Shown here: positions 17,447-26,339 of the stretch, in pieces
How positions within the stretch are numbered: position 1 is the stretch's first letter
Layout: the number at the start of each line of letters is the position of its first letter
Notes under the pieces: model-generated
What the model was told of the DNA's origin: nothing
The model's input: only the letters and a program-made list of their open reading frames with translations
Database searches by the model: none
Made by a program: the position numbers and the translations under genes
Origin: a virus
Virus record (IMG/VR): IMGVR_UViG_3300025929_000012
Location: 46,329-110,328 of that record
Strand: one strand, 5' to 3'
DNA length: 64,000 nt

Positions 17447-18118
17447 CTAGATGCCAGTGCGGCGGCGGAACTCCGAGACGAGCGCGGCACGGTCCTGCGC
17501 GGCCTTCTCCTCCGCCTGGCGCTCCGCGTCCGCGCTGAAGTCCAGGGGGGTGCCGAGCTCGCCGGACAGGTCCAGCATCCTGACTGTCTGCCCGACCTCC
17601 TTCAGTACCTTCCGCACGATCGCCCCGGCGTCGATGGAGGAGCCGTTGGACAGTTCCACGACGTGGCCCTCACCTTCGAGGACGGGCCGGGCGAGGTCGG
17701 TGATCCTGGGGGGGATGCCGTACTCGCGGGAGTACCAGTCGCGTTCCTTCTCGAACGCGGCACGGTTGAGCGCCTGGGTGACGCGGGCCAGTTCCAGGGA
17801 CGTTTCCTCGGCGCGGCTGTTGGCGAGGTCAATCTGCGCCTGCGCCTCAGCGGACAGGGAAGCCCCGGCGGTGACAGGCTCCCGGTCGCCTTCCTTGTCG
17901 CCCCCGGCCCCGCCGTCACCGCTTGTGCCGTCGCCTTCCCCCTCGCCGTCTTCGGGGAGGGAGTCGATGAGCTCCTGCAGCTGCTCATCAGTCAGCTGGT
18001 CATCAGCGCCTTCCCCTGCGGCGGTTTCCCCCCCGGCGGCGAGGACGGCGTTGAACTGGTCGTCGGGGAGGTCCAGCAGCCGGGCTAGCCGGGCCTCCTG
18101 CGCGTCTGTGAGTGCCAT
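17447..18118 (-). CDS. Nested scaffolding protein (Mu gpZ-like internal start)
   Basis: In-frame ATG 18118 preceded by AGGAGGAACACCGC, after a Pro-rich linker. Confidence 0.65.
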   Translation of the reverse strand: MALTDAQEARLARLLDLPDDQFNAVLAAGGETAAGEGADDQLTDEQLQELIDSLPEDGEGEGDGTSGDGGAGGDKEGDREPVTAGASLSAEAQAQIDLANSRAEETSLELARVTQALNRAAFEKERDWYSREYGIPPRITDLARPVLEGEGHVVELSNGSSIDAGAIVRKVLKEVGQTVRMLDLSGELGTPLDFSADAERQAEEKAAQDRAALVSEFRRRTGI

Positions 18119-18730
18119 GCGGTGTTCCTCCTGCGTGGGAGTGCCGGGTTCGGCTGGCGGCTGTGATGCGGGCGGGGGCGGCGGCTCAGGGGCCTGCCCT
18201 GGCGGGGCGTACTGCTCGGCGGTCAGGTCGAGTACCTCGCCGTCGCCGTCGTTGGCGGCCTCGATCGCCTGCCACGGGCGCATGCCGGTGATGCGGGGGT
18301 CGAGGGTGCCGAGGACGTGCTGGATCGCGGCGGGGAAGAACGCGCCGTCAGCGCGGTGGTAGTCCTCCACGATGCGGGCTGAGACGCCGAGCGCCGGGTT
18401 CTTCCGCAGCACCTCATCGCCGTCCTCGGTGGCGGCGAGGATCAGGTCGAGGCCGTCGTCGGTGGCCTCGAAGCCGCGGACCTCGCCGCGGAACCGCTCC
18501 GGGTCGTTGGTGTGGGAGTTGTCGCCGGGAGCGAGCTGGAACGGCACCTGGTCGAATGCCCGCGCATTGAAGGCTTTGGCAAGGCCGGCGAGGTACTCGG
18601 GCGTGAACGCGATCTTGCGGCCCTTGTACGAGATCTCGCCGACGGGGAGAATCTGCTTCCGCCACAGGCGGGACGCGCCGGACGGGCGGGCCTTCCCCCG
18701 GTCTACCGGGGTGAGCATGGTCGTGGTCAC
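17447..18730 (-). CDS. Prohead protease / scaffold (Mu gpI-like)
   Basis: GGAGG + GTG 18730; NSHT.DPE..RGEV, GVSARI, HVLGTLDPRITGM.PW; acidic helical C-half. Confidence 0.8.
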   Translation of the reverse strand: MTTTMLTPVDRGKARPSGASRLWRKQILPVGEISYKGRKIAFTPEYLAGLAKAFNARAFDQVPFQLAPGDNSHTNDPERFRGEVRGFEATDDGLDLILAATEDGDEVLRKNPALGVSARIVEDYHRADGAFFPAAIQHVLGTLDPRITGMRPWQAIEAANDGDGEVLDLTAEQYAPPGQAPEPPPPPASQPPAEPGTPTQEEHRMALTDAQEARLARLLDLPDDQFNAVLAAGGETAAGEGADDQLTDEQLQELIDSLPEDGEGEGDGTSGDGGAGGDKEGDREPVTAGASLSAEAQAQIDLANSRAEETSLELARVTQALNRAAFEKERDWYSREYGIPPRITDLARPVLEGEGHVVELSNGSSIDAGAIVRKVLKEVGQTVRMLDLSGELGTPLDFSADAERQAEEKAAQDRAALVSEFRRRTGI

Positions 18731-18831
18731 TGGCCGCCTCCGCTTCTTTTCCGGGTTGCCGTGCTGAGCGGCCGGGACCGCGCGCAGCCAACCCCCCAGC
18801 AACTGCGCGCGGACCGGGCGGCTCAGCCTGC

Positions 18832-18860
18832 TTGCCATCCGTGTCTTTACCGGGTAAAGT
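18832..18860 (+). promoter_or_regulatory. Promoter/operator copy 1
   Basis: TTGCCA-17-TAAAGT containing palindrome CTTTACC-G-GGTAAAG. Confidence 0.85.
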
Positions 18861-18868
18861 CTGGCGTC

Positions 18869-19144
18869 ATGACTGACATGACCGCCGAGGCCCGTGACGA
18901 GTTCGACCCGGTCGGCCTCACCGAGATAGCCACGATGACCGACCCGCCGATGACGCGCCAGCACGCGCTTTGGGTGATGGGCCAGGAAGGGGCACCGGAG
19001 CCGAGGCTGCTGGCGCGGATGAAGGTGTGGCGGCGGTCGGAGGTCGAGCCGTACCTGAAGGAGCATGCCGCCCGGGTTGCCGCCGGGTGGCGTCCCGTTC
19101 CCCGCGACCCCGCGTCGGGGCGGTTCAAGGGGAAGGAGTCGTAA
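18869..19144 (+). CDS. AlpA/excisionase-like HTH regulator
   Basis: PVGLTEIA.M....TRQ........PEP..LARMKVWRRSEVE; leaderless start. Confidence 0.7.
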   Translation: MTDMTAEARDEFDPVGLTEIATMTDPPMTRQHALWVMGQEGAPEPRLLARMKVWRRSEVEPYLKEHAARVAAGWRPVPRDPASGRFKGKES

Positions 19145-19154
19145 GGCCGTCCGC

Positions 19155-19188
19155 TTGCCGTCCTTCACTTTACCTGGTAAAGTGAAGG
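19155..19188 (+). promoter_or_regulatory. Promoter/operator copy 2
   Basis: TTGCCG-17-TAAAGT; 27-bp palindrome CCTTCACTTTACC-T-GGTAAAGTGAAGG. Confidence 0.85.
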
Positions 19189-19230
19189 TGTAGCGAGGGG
19201 AGATGCCCCGCGCGGAGGGGGCAGGAAATC

Positions 19231-19524
19231 ATGAGTTACCGCGATGAGGACCCGTGGGCGGAGGTCGAGGCAGAAGAGGCCGAGCGGTTCGATGCTGACC
19301 TGCTCCAGGCTGAGATGGACGCGCAGGGCGACGCCATCGCTCGCGCCTGGAAGGCCGGCCGTTGCACCCACGGCTCTACGGCCGGGTACATGCGCCAGTC
19401 GCCCCGCCCGGAGCAGGCAGGGCTGAAGCCGGGGCAGTCGCGGTGCACCGCCGGGTGCGAGGCCGTGTTCGGCTCTGACCAGGACTGGTATGACGCGATG
19501 GACGCGGCACTGGAGGGCGTGTGA
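19231..19524 (+). CDS. Hypothetical protein
   Basis: Acidic N-terminus; CTH...CTAGC. Confidence 0.7.
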   Translation: MSYRDEDPWAEVEAEEAERFDADLLQAEMDAQGDAIARAWKAGRCTHGSTAGYMRQSPRPEQAGLKPGQSRCTAGCEAVFGSDQDWYDAMDAALEGV

Positions 19525-20552
19525 TGATCACCATCAGCCACAGCTACGCGGACGGGACCCTCATCGGAGGGTCCCGGAAAGGCGACGGCGTCTGGCAGAT
19601 CCTGGTCGCGCTCCGCAGCGCCGGCCAGGGGAACTGGCGGTCATCCCGCGACGTGGGCCTGTACCTCGGCCAGTCACGCGACAAGGACGCCCAGACCTGG
19701 AAGATAGACAAGGCCGCTGAGGCGCTGCGGGCAGCCGGGTTCGAGGTCACCGTCGAGGTTGACGAGGGCGAGGCACGCCCGTTCGCCGAGCAGGAAGCCG
19801 ACCGGAACGCGCGGGCGGAGGAACGCGCTGAGCGGTACGCCGGCTACGCGGACAGTGCCGCCGCGCGGTCCACTGCCGCCTATGAGGGCGTCCGGCGGAT
19901 CTCAGACGGCATCCCGTTCGGGCAGCCGATCCTGGTTGGCCATCACTCCGAGCGCCGCGCCCGCCGTGACATCGCCCGGATGGACAGCGGGATGCGCAGG
20001 AGCATCGACGAGGGCAAGAAGGCCGATTACCACGCCGGCCGGGCAGCCGCCGCCGAAAGCTACCAGCAGCACCGTGAGGATGTCCCAAGGACCCTGCGGC
20101 GCATCGGGAAGCTTGAGGCTGAGGAGCGGGGCGTGCAGCGCCGCCTCGCCGGCACTGGGCTGGCCATGCACGGTGAGGACAAGCCCGCCACCGGACGCTA
20201 CCGGGAGCAGTTGGAGCGCCGCGCCGAGAACTTGGCCCGGGAGCTTGCCTACTGGCGGGAGCACGTCGCCGCCCGCGAGGACGAGGGCGTCAAGGTGTGG
20301 TCCCGCGCGGACTTCGCCAAGGGTGATTACGTCCGCTACTCAGGCCGCTGGTATCAGGTGGAGCGGGTCAACCCGAAGTCACTGTCGGTGCCGCACGGCA
20401 ACAATGACCACCTGCTGGCCGTGGTGACCCGGGACAAGGTGACGCATGCGCTGGGGCCGTCACAGTGGACTAGCAAGGTCACCTATGACGAGGTGCGGGG
20501 GCGGAAGACGGCCGCCGAGATGGCCGCCGCGCTCGGTGCGGCGGCGGAGTAA
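19521..20552 (+). CDS. DUF3560-domain protein
   Basis: IPFGQPILVGHHSERRARRD signature; C-terminal GDYVRYSGRWYQVERVNPKSLSV. Confidence 0.85.
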   Translation: MMITISHSYADGTLIGGSRKGDGVWQILVALRSAGQGNWRSSRDVGLYLGQSRDKDAQTWKIDKAAEALRAAGFEVTVEVDEGEARPFAEQEADRNARAEERAERYAGYADSAAARSTAAYEGVRRISDGIPFGQPILVGHHSERRARRDIARMDSGMRRSIDEGKKADYHAGRAAAAESYQQHREDVPRTLRRIGKLEAEERGVQRRLAGTGLAMHGEDKPATGRYREQLERRAENLARELAYWREHVAAREDEGVKVWSRADFAKGDYVRYSGRWYQVERVNPKSLSVPHGNNDHLLAVVTRDKVTHALGPSQWTSKVTYDEVRGRKTAAEMAAALGAAAE

Positions 20553-20557
20553 GGGAC

Positions 20558-20594
20558 AAGCCCGTCATTCCCCTTGCCGGGGGGTGGCGGGCTT
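20558..20594 (+). terminator. Intrinsic terminator-like hairpin
   Basis: AAGCCCGTCATTCCC...GGGGGTGGCGGGCTT. Confidence 0.6.
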
Positions 20595-20596
20595 AC

Positions 20597-20625
20597 TTGC
20601 CTTCCATGTCTTTACCAGGTAAAGT
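20597..20625 (+). promoter_or_regulatory. Promoter/operator copy 3
   Basis: TTGCCT-17-TAAAGT with CTTTACC-A-GGTAAAG. Confidence 0.85.
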
Positions 20626-20667
20626 AAAGGCGTGAGGGGGAAACGCCCCCGGGGGAAGGGAACCGAG

Positions 20668-20853
20668 ATGACAGTCACCACCTGCACCGGATGCGATGAG
20701 GAATGCGGATCTGAGGACTCCTACAGCGACTGCTGCAACGAGCCCGTCACCGCCAGCGCCCCGTACGGCCTGTACGGCGACCCGGACGGCTACGACCGCA
20801 ACGGCGCCTGGGACGGCTTCCAGGTCACCAGCGACGCGGAAGGAGGGCTGTGA
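20668..20853 (+). CDS. Small acidic Cys protein
   Basis: CTGCDEEC...SDCCNEP. Confidence 0.6.
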   Translation: MTVTTCTGCDEECGSEDSYSDCCNEPVTASAPYGLYGDPDGYDRNGAWDGFQVTSDAEGGL

Positions 20854-21068
20854 TGACCTACCCGGTTATCTACGCTCCAGGCGGAGACGTCATCGGGAAA
20901 GCCAGCACCGAACGCGGGGCCATCCAGTGCGCGGGCGGCATCGTCAAGGCCAGCTTCGAGCGGTGGACAGCATCCTTGCGCGAGACCCTGGACCGTGGCG
21001 ACATGGCAGACTTCACGCTGGCGTGGTTCGTTGGCCCGCAACTCAGGACCCGGACAGTGGGCCTGTGA
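20850..21068 (+). CDS. Hypothetical protein
   Basis: AGGAGG SD; coupled start. Confidence 0.6.
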   Translation: MMTYPVIYAPGGDVIGKASTERGAIQCAGGIVKASFERWTASLRETLDRGDMADFTLAWFVGPQLRTRTVGL

Positions 21069-21406
21069 TGGGCGGCACGTACATGGCCGAGCGGGCAGCG
21101 GGCGCGACCGCCGAGGAGGCGCTTGAGGCTCTCCGCGCGGCTTTCCGGGAGCGTGGCTACACCGACGTGGACGACCCCAGCGGTGATTGGCCTGAGGATG
21201 GCCCGCAGTCGTGGCCTGACCCGTTCGCGAAGGGCTGCGTGCAGGTGTGGGGCAAGCCGGTCAAGGACCACGCAGCCGAGTGGATGCGCGGATGGGTAGC
21301 GCAGCACCCGCCGGCCGGGGTGGACCCTGACGACAAGTGGGGGCCGTGGATGACGTTCCCGCTGGAGTCCGGGGGATGGATGTTCTTCGGGTGGGTGAAC
21401 ACGTGA
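21068..21406 (+). CDS. Hypothetical protein
   Basis: MGGT...DDKWGP...GWMFFGW; TGATG coupling. Confidence 0.65.
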   Translation: MGGTYMAERAAGATAEEALEALRAAFRERGYTDVDDPSGDWPEDGPQSWPDPFAKGCVQVWGKPVKDHAAEWMRGWVAQHPPAGVDPDDKWGPWMTFPLESGGWMFFGWVNT

Positions 21407-21636
21407 AGCTCCAGCGGCAGCCGCTCGCGTTCGGGATGACCCGCTGGGGGCCGCTGCCCGGCACCACGGACCTGTTCCTGTCCTGGGGTCCCGGTGACGG
21501 GATCTACCTGCACAAGGGCGAAGACGGCCCGCAGAAGCGGATACGGCATGAGTCGGCGTCCGGCATCTACGACACGGCCAAGGCGGCGCAGCGAGCAGTC
21601 GACGCGTTCATCGCGGCAGGGGATGAGGCACCGTGA
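21403..21636 (+). CDS. Hypothetical protein
   Basis: GTGA coupling. Confidence 0.6.
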   Translation: MKLQRQPLAFGMTRWGPLPGTTDLFLSWGPGDGIYLHKGEDGPQKRIRHESASGIYDTAKAAQRAVDAFIAAGDEAP

Positions 21637-22202
21637 CCACCACGGCCGACAGCGCGAGCGCCACCTACGCGCTCGCCAGGAAGGTCGCCGCCGGACTCGG
21701 CGGCGGCGCTGCGGCCCGTCCCGGTGAGTACGGGGCTGAGATCACCGACGGCGCGACCCGGCTGCACCTGACGATCTCCTGGCATGACCCGAGTCGCCTG
21801 GAAGTGTCCGGGGTTTACCCGTCCACGAGGCAGGAGCGCCTCAGGCGGACCAGCATCAGCGTCCGCATCGACCGGGGGCCGGCAGTCATCGCCCGCGAGA
21901 TCCGCTCCCGGCTGCTGCCCGGCTACCACGCCGAGCTCGCCCGGGTTACCGAGCTCAACGCCGGGGAGGCGCACGACGCCGGGATGCGGGAGGCGCTGGC
22001 CGGGAAGATAACCGGCATGTTCCCCGGCGCGTTCACCCGCGTCACCGGCTACACGGGCCACGGCACTGAGGTGGTCATCCCCGGCGGCGACGGGCCGGGT
22101 GGCACCGTGAGCCTGTCCGGCAGCGGGGCCTCGGTGGCGATGACGTTCCGCTGCGTACCCCCGGAGACGGCGGTCCGCATGCTGGCGGTCCTCGCCGGGT
22201 GA
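21633..22202 (+). CDS. Hypothetical protein
   Basis: IAREIRSRLLPGY; GTGA coupling. Confidence 0.7.
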   Translation: MTTTADSASATYALARKVAAGLGGGAAARPGEYGAEITDGATRLHLTISWHDPSRLEVSGVYPSTRQERLRRTSISVRIDRGPAVIAREIRSRLLPGYHAELARVTELNAGEAHDAGMREALAGKITGMFPGAFTRVTGYTGHGTEVVIPGGDGPGGTVSLSGSGASVAMTFRCVPPETAVRMLAVLAG

Positions 22203-22221
22203 CCTGAGCGCCCCGGTGAGC

Positions 22222-22256
22222 GGGCCGTCCCCCTTGACCGGGGTGGCGGCCTTTTT
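22222..22256 (+). terminator. Intrinsic terminator ending the + strand island
   Basis: GGCCG..CCCC...GGGG..CGGCC followed by TTTTT. Confidence 0.65.
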
Positions 22257-22447
22257 CAGTCCTTCATGAGGGCGTGGTCGAACGGGACGTCGGCTACCTG
22301 CCCGGCGGGGATCGCGGCGACCTCCGCCTCGATCTGCGCGAACAGGGCCCGGTTACGGGTCGTCTGCGGGGCCCCGGATTCCTCGAACGGCTTCCCCGAC
22401 GCGGCGGCCATCAGCATCAGGTGGGCTGCCTCGCCGCGCTCCATCAC
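22256..22447 (-). CDS. Small protein coupled to the zeta-domain gene (candidate antitoxin)
   Basis: GTGA overlap with upstream stop; AAGGAG SD. Confidence 0.55.
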   Translation of the reverse strand: MMERGEAAHLMLMAAASGKPFEESGAPQTTRNRALFAQIEAEVAAIPAGQVADVPFDHALMKD

Positions 22448-23799
22448 TGGTTCTCCTTCGCCAGGAACCGGGCGTACGCCGCGCGGTCCTTCACTGACCA
22501 TGCGCCGCCGCGGGGCTTGGCGCCGATCAGGGTGGCGGGGGTGCCCTGGGGGCCGTTGTTGTCGTGGAGCGTCGCGGAGTCGAACAGGTCACGGGCGATC
22601 GCCTGCCGGAACGTGCCGGACACGGCGGCGTGGGTTTCCCGCAGGAACGTCTCCGGGACGGCCCGGCCGGTCTTCGCTGCGCGGGCCTGCGCCCGCTTCA
22701 GTGCCTCGCCCGTGTCGACGGTGACGTACTGGCCGTGGACGTGATAGCCGGCCTTCCGCGCCGCGGTGACCTTCCCGGCGAGCTTCTCATAGTGGGAGTC
22801 ACCGGTGCCGTCGAGGGTGAAGTCACGTTTCCCGGCGACCGCCCGGTCCATGATCTTCTTCGCGACCCGCGATGACTCCTCATGGACGTACGCGGCGGCG
22901 GCCTTGTCCCCGGCGGCCTTCATCGCGGCGTACTCCGGCAGCTGCGCCTTGACGTCGTCCGGGTTGATGACGACGCCGCGCATCTTGCCCGTCGCCGACT
23001 TCCCCGACGCCGGGCCGCCGCCCATGAACGTCGCCGTCGGGTCCGCGGACCGGGCAGACCCGGCGAGCGCCCCGGCGATGATCTTCTCGTGGAGGGCCTG
23101 CCGTTCGGGGGTGAGCTGCCCGCCCCTGGTGTGCGCGTCGAGGCTGTCGGCGGCGGGGCCGGCCCCGTCGAGCTTGACCCAGCCGTGCTTGTACCGGTAC
23201 GGCGCGTGAGCGAGGTTGATCACGTCGCGGTGCCTGCCGCTGAGGGCTGGCTTCCCCGTGAACGCCGGGTTGGCCATCACCCCGGCCTTGCGCCTCGCGA
23301 TGCCCTGCGCGGCGGCGAAGGCGCCGGCCTCCTTGAGGAGGGCAGTAATCGGCAGGCCGGCGCGGACCACCGGCATCCCCGCCGGGACCTTCGCGCCGCC
23401 CTCGGAGTCGGCGAGGACCCTGCCCGCCCAGGTGTGGTGCCCGTCAAGGACCCGGTTGTCGGAGCTGATGATGACCGGCTTGGTGTCGGTGCCGGCCTTG
23501 ACGGAATCAGCGATGCCCCGTATCGCGGCCGTGTCCCCGGTCGCCTGCGTCGGGCGCAGCGACCTGGCGGGCACCCTGGCGGAGGTGACCGTGATCCCCT
23601 TGGCCTGCAAGTGCGCGATGAACTTCGGCATGAGCGCTTTCGACGGCACGTACTGCCCGTTCACGGTGCCGGAAAGCTGGGGCATGTCGCCGCGGTCGAT
23701 GCCGAGGTTCCCGTGGTAGGTGACCGTGCCCCCGGACGGGACCCCGATGAGCCGCCAGCCGTGCGTGTACCGCTGCGGGGCGCCGGCCAGGTCGATCAC
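22444..23799 (-). CDS. ParB/Srx-like plus zeta-toxin-like P-loop kinase fusion
   Basis: RSLRPTQ...PVIISSDNRVLDGHHTW (ParB-N); GGGPASGKS, INPDDVK, HEESS, LDGT (zeta/PezT-like). Confidence 0.8.
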   Translation of the reverse strand: MIDLAGAPQRYTHGWRLIGVPSGGTVTYHGNLGIDRGDMPQLSGTVNGQYVPSKALMPKFIAHLQAKGITVTSARVPARSLRPTQATGDTAAIRGIADSVKAGTDTKPVIISSDNRVLDGHHTWAGRVLADSEGGAKVPAGMPVVRAGLPITALLKEAGAFAAAQGIARRKAGVMANPAFTGKPALSGRHRDVINLAHAPYRYKHGWVKLDGAGPAADSLDAHTRGGQLTPERQALHEKIIAGALAGSARSADPTATFMGGGPASGKSATGKMRGVVINPDDVKAQLPEYAAMKAAGDKAAAAYVHEESSRVAKKIMDRAVAGKRDFTLDGTGDSHYEKLAGKVTAARKAGYHVHGQYVTVDTGEALKRAQARAAKTGRAVPETFLRETHAAVSGTFRQAIARDLFDSATLHDNNGPQGTPATLIGAKPRGGAWSVKDRAAYARFLAKENQ

Positions 23800-23840
23800 C
23801 TGGAGCAGTTCACCCCACCGGGCCGGGCTGAGGCCGCCGC

Positions 23841-24677
23841 CTACGCCGCCGCTGAGGCTTTTGGGCCTGCCGCCTTCCCGTGCATCGCCGCTGCCCGCTT
23901 CGCCATCGCCATCGCCACGGCTGGCTTCATCCCCTTGGCGAGCAGTTTCCGGTAGATGGCCGCCACGTCAGGTGACAGCCCCCCGGCTGGCTTGGCTGTC
24001 GCCGCTGGCTTCCCGGTGCCCATCGTGGTGACCCGCGGGCCGTCCACCGACGTGGCGGCCGACGTGAACGGCAGCGCCCCCGCGAGGTCCACTGCCCCGT
24101 CCTGCTCGCCTGCGTACGACGCCGTGCCATCCTGCTGAGCCGCCGGGAAGCCCCGCGCCCGCTTGTTGTGATGGTCGATCAGCCCCGCCAGGGCGCCCTG
24201 CTGCGACCCGGACGCCCCGGTGGGAGTCCCGTCAGCGTGCTTCCCGGCGTAACCGCGCCCCTTCGCGGTGATGACGCCGATCTTCATGCCGCTGCTCTTA
24301 TGCTGAGCGGTGATCATCCCCGGAGCCGAACGGGACAACTGGACGTCAGCCGGGCCGCGGACCACCGGCATGCGTCTGGTCATGGTGGCCAAGCTGATCG
24401 CCTCCGTGTCGTTATTCGCGCCCTGGAAAGGCCATGTCCCCTTCACCCCGGGCGCGTTAGTGGCTTTGAGCTGCCTCGCCCGCTTGCGGATCAGCCGGGC
24501 CAGCGCCGGGCGCTTAGGCGCGGGCGCACGTCCCACAGACCGGATAGCGCGCTTGAGGTAGTCCAGGTTCGGGACCGGGAAAGCCGGCGGCTGGCCGTCA
24601 GCAGCGGGGAGCGCCTGTCCCTTCGCGGCGAGTTTCTTCCGGGACGCGGCGCGCTGAACTGGCGGGGTCTTGACCAT
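23841..24677 (-). CDS. Hypothetical head-region protein
   Basis: RKKLAAKGQALP...FPVPNLDYLKRAIRSVGRA; basic. Confidence 0.7.
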   Translation of the reverse strand: MVKTPPVQRAASRKKLAAKGQALPAADGQPPAFPVPNLDYLKRAIRSVGRAPAPKRPALARLIRKRARQLKATNAPGVKGTWPFQGANNDTEAISLATMTRRMPVVRGPADVQLSRSAPGMITAQHKSSGMKIGVITAKGRGYAGKHADGTPTGASGSQQGALAGLIDHHNKRARGFPAAQQDGTASYAGEQDGAVDLAGALPFTSAATSVDGPRVTTMGTGKPAATAKPAGGLSPDVAAIYRKLLAKGMKPAVAMAMAKRAAAMHGKAAGPKASAAA

Positions 24678-24817
24678 GCAGCTTCCTCTCGCGAGCGCTA
24701 CGCTGGCCCGATGAAAGGGCGGGACGTACTAGTCCCCGCCGCCCGGAGAGCTAAAGCCGGTCAGTGTGATCCCGGGCAGGAGCGCGAGGGCCGGGCCAGG
24801 CGCGCTCTCCCGCCCTT

Positions 24818-26320
24818 TCACTTCGCCGTAACCAGCAGGTCATTCGCCTGCCACTCAAAACCGGGAGGGCACAGGATCGTCGCCCGCACCCGGGTGCGCT
24901 GCGCAGGCCCCATGCTGTTGATCACCTCAGCAGTCCGTTCCGGGGTGTCATGGCGGGTGAACTGCGGCGGGCGGGGAGTGAACTGGCCGCCTTCCCGCAC
25001 CCCCGGGGGGACGCGCTCAGCGGGGGCGATGAGGCGGCGGACCTCTGGGGCGGGCACCGTGAGGGCGTCAGCGATGGCGAGGTCGAGGAACCGGCCGCCG
25101 TCCCCGCTGAGCCTGATGGCGTTCGCTTGCCTGTCCAGTGCCCCGGCCTGCGCCCGCAGCGCCTTCGCCTTGCCTGTGAGGGCCGCCACCGTGGCCCGGT
25201 TCCGCGCCAGCGTCCGCCGCGGTGCCCCCGCGGAGGACTTGGTTGCCGCGTTCCCGGCCTTCCTCGGGGCCGCCTTCGCCAGCGCCGCCGTAGCCTTCGC
25301 CGCCGCCGTCGGGGCCACCTTCCTGGCCGCCTTGGCCGCTGCCGTGGCCTTCACCTGCGCCGCGATAACCTTCTGAATGCCGGCGATCTGCTGGTCGATG
25401 CCCGCTGCCTTCACCCGGTCGGCGTTCGCCTGGGCGTGGAGGGCATCCTTCCGCGCCCTGGGCGCCAGCGGGGCCGACGCTTTCGGCGTGCCCGGCTTCG
25501 GGGTACCCGGCTTGACGGCTGCCGTCTTCGGCGTGGTCGGCTTCGCCTTGGCGGGAGTTGTTCCCGTGCCTCCCGCCGGCTTAGCGGTGCCGACTGCCTT
25601 CGCCTTCGGCTTCGCGGCGGCCTTCTTCTTCACGGGCGCGTCCGGGAGCGGGTGCGCCGCGATCGCCGCAGCAGCCGCCGCCTCCGTCGCCGCCGCAGTC
25701 CCCGGCTTCGGCTTCCCCTTCGGCGCGTTCAGTGCCTTCAGCAGCCCCGCCAGCTCCTGCCGCTGCGCCGGGGTCGCCTTACCTGTCGCCACCAGGTGCT
25801 GCAGGTGGGCAATGTGGGCCATGTGCAGGGCATGCTGCTGCGCGGCTGTCTTGCCTGCCGTGCCGCCCGAGTTCGTGCCCTTCCCCGACGTGGTCCCGAA
25901 CTGGCCGCCGGCCGGTGAACCTGCCGGGACATGAGGCGGCACGTAGCCGAGGTCGATGGACTGCCCGTTCCAGGTGAGCGCGATCACGGCACCGCCCTCG
26001 TTCGCATGGGCGTGGGCGACAGCGGACTTCGCGGCGAGGTCAGCCAGCGCCGCCTGAGCCGCCGCGACAACCTCAGGGTGGGCCTTCCCGCCGCCCCGCG
26101 CCCACCTGCGGATAGCGCCCCAGGTGATCGCGTACGCCACGGCGGGCGGGTGACCGGAGCGGATGAGAGCATCCCTGACGTGCTGAAAGTACGGCAGTTA
26201 TGGAGGCAGCTCCATCCCCTTCACGTGGTAAAGGCCGGGACCGCCCGGTTTCCCCGCCGGGGCTGGCGTCACTGCCAGCCGCGCGGTATCCGCGGACATC
26301 TCGATTGGTGCTGCGCTCAC
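24818..26320 (-). CDS. Basic Ala/Lys-rich head-region protein with in-frame TAA at codon 41
   Basis: GGGGGTGA SD + GTG 26320; MSAAPIEMSADTARL...GLYHVKGMELPP*LPYFQHVRDAL is in frame with ORF 24818-26140. Confidence 0.7.
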
Positions 26321-26339
26321 TTGCCGATCACCCCCAGCC

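Noticed and set aside
19100-19144. PRDPASGRF end of the AlpA-like protein as a capsid-targeting tag
   Set aside because: Single short match with no adjacent cleavage-like motif; may be chance
18731-19168. 573-aa version of the protease/scaffold ORF
   Set aside because: Extension crosses the + strand promoter and HTH gene; GGAGG supports GTG 18730
11573-26320. Decaying cryptic prophage as the explanation for the two broken genes
   Set aside because: Other core genes look intact and the lesions share a take-off/stall/landing pattern; kept as the alternative hypothesis
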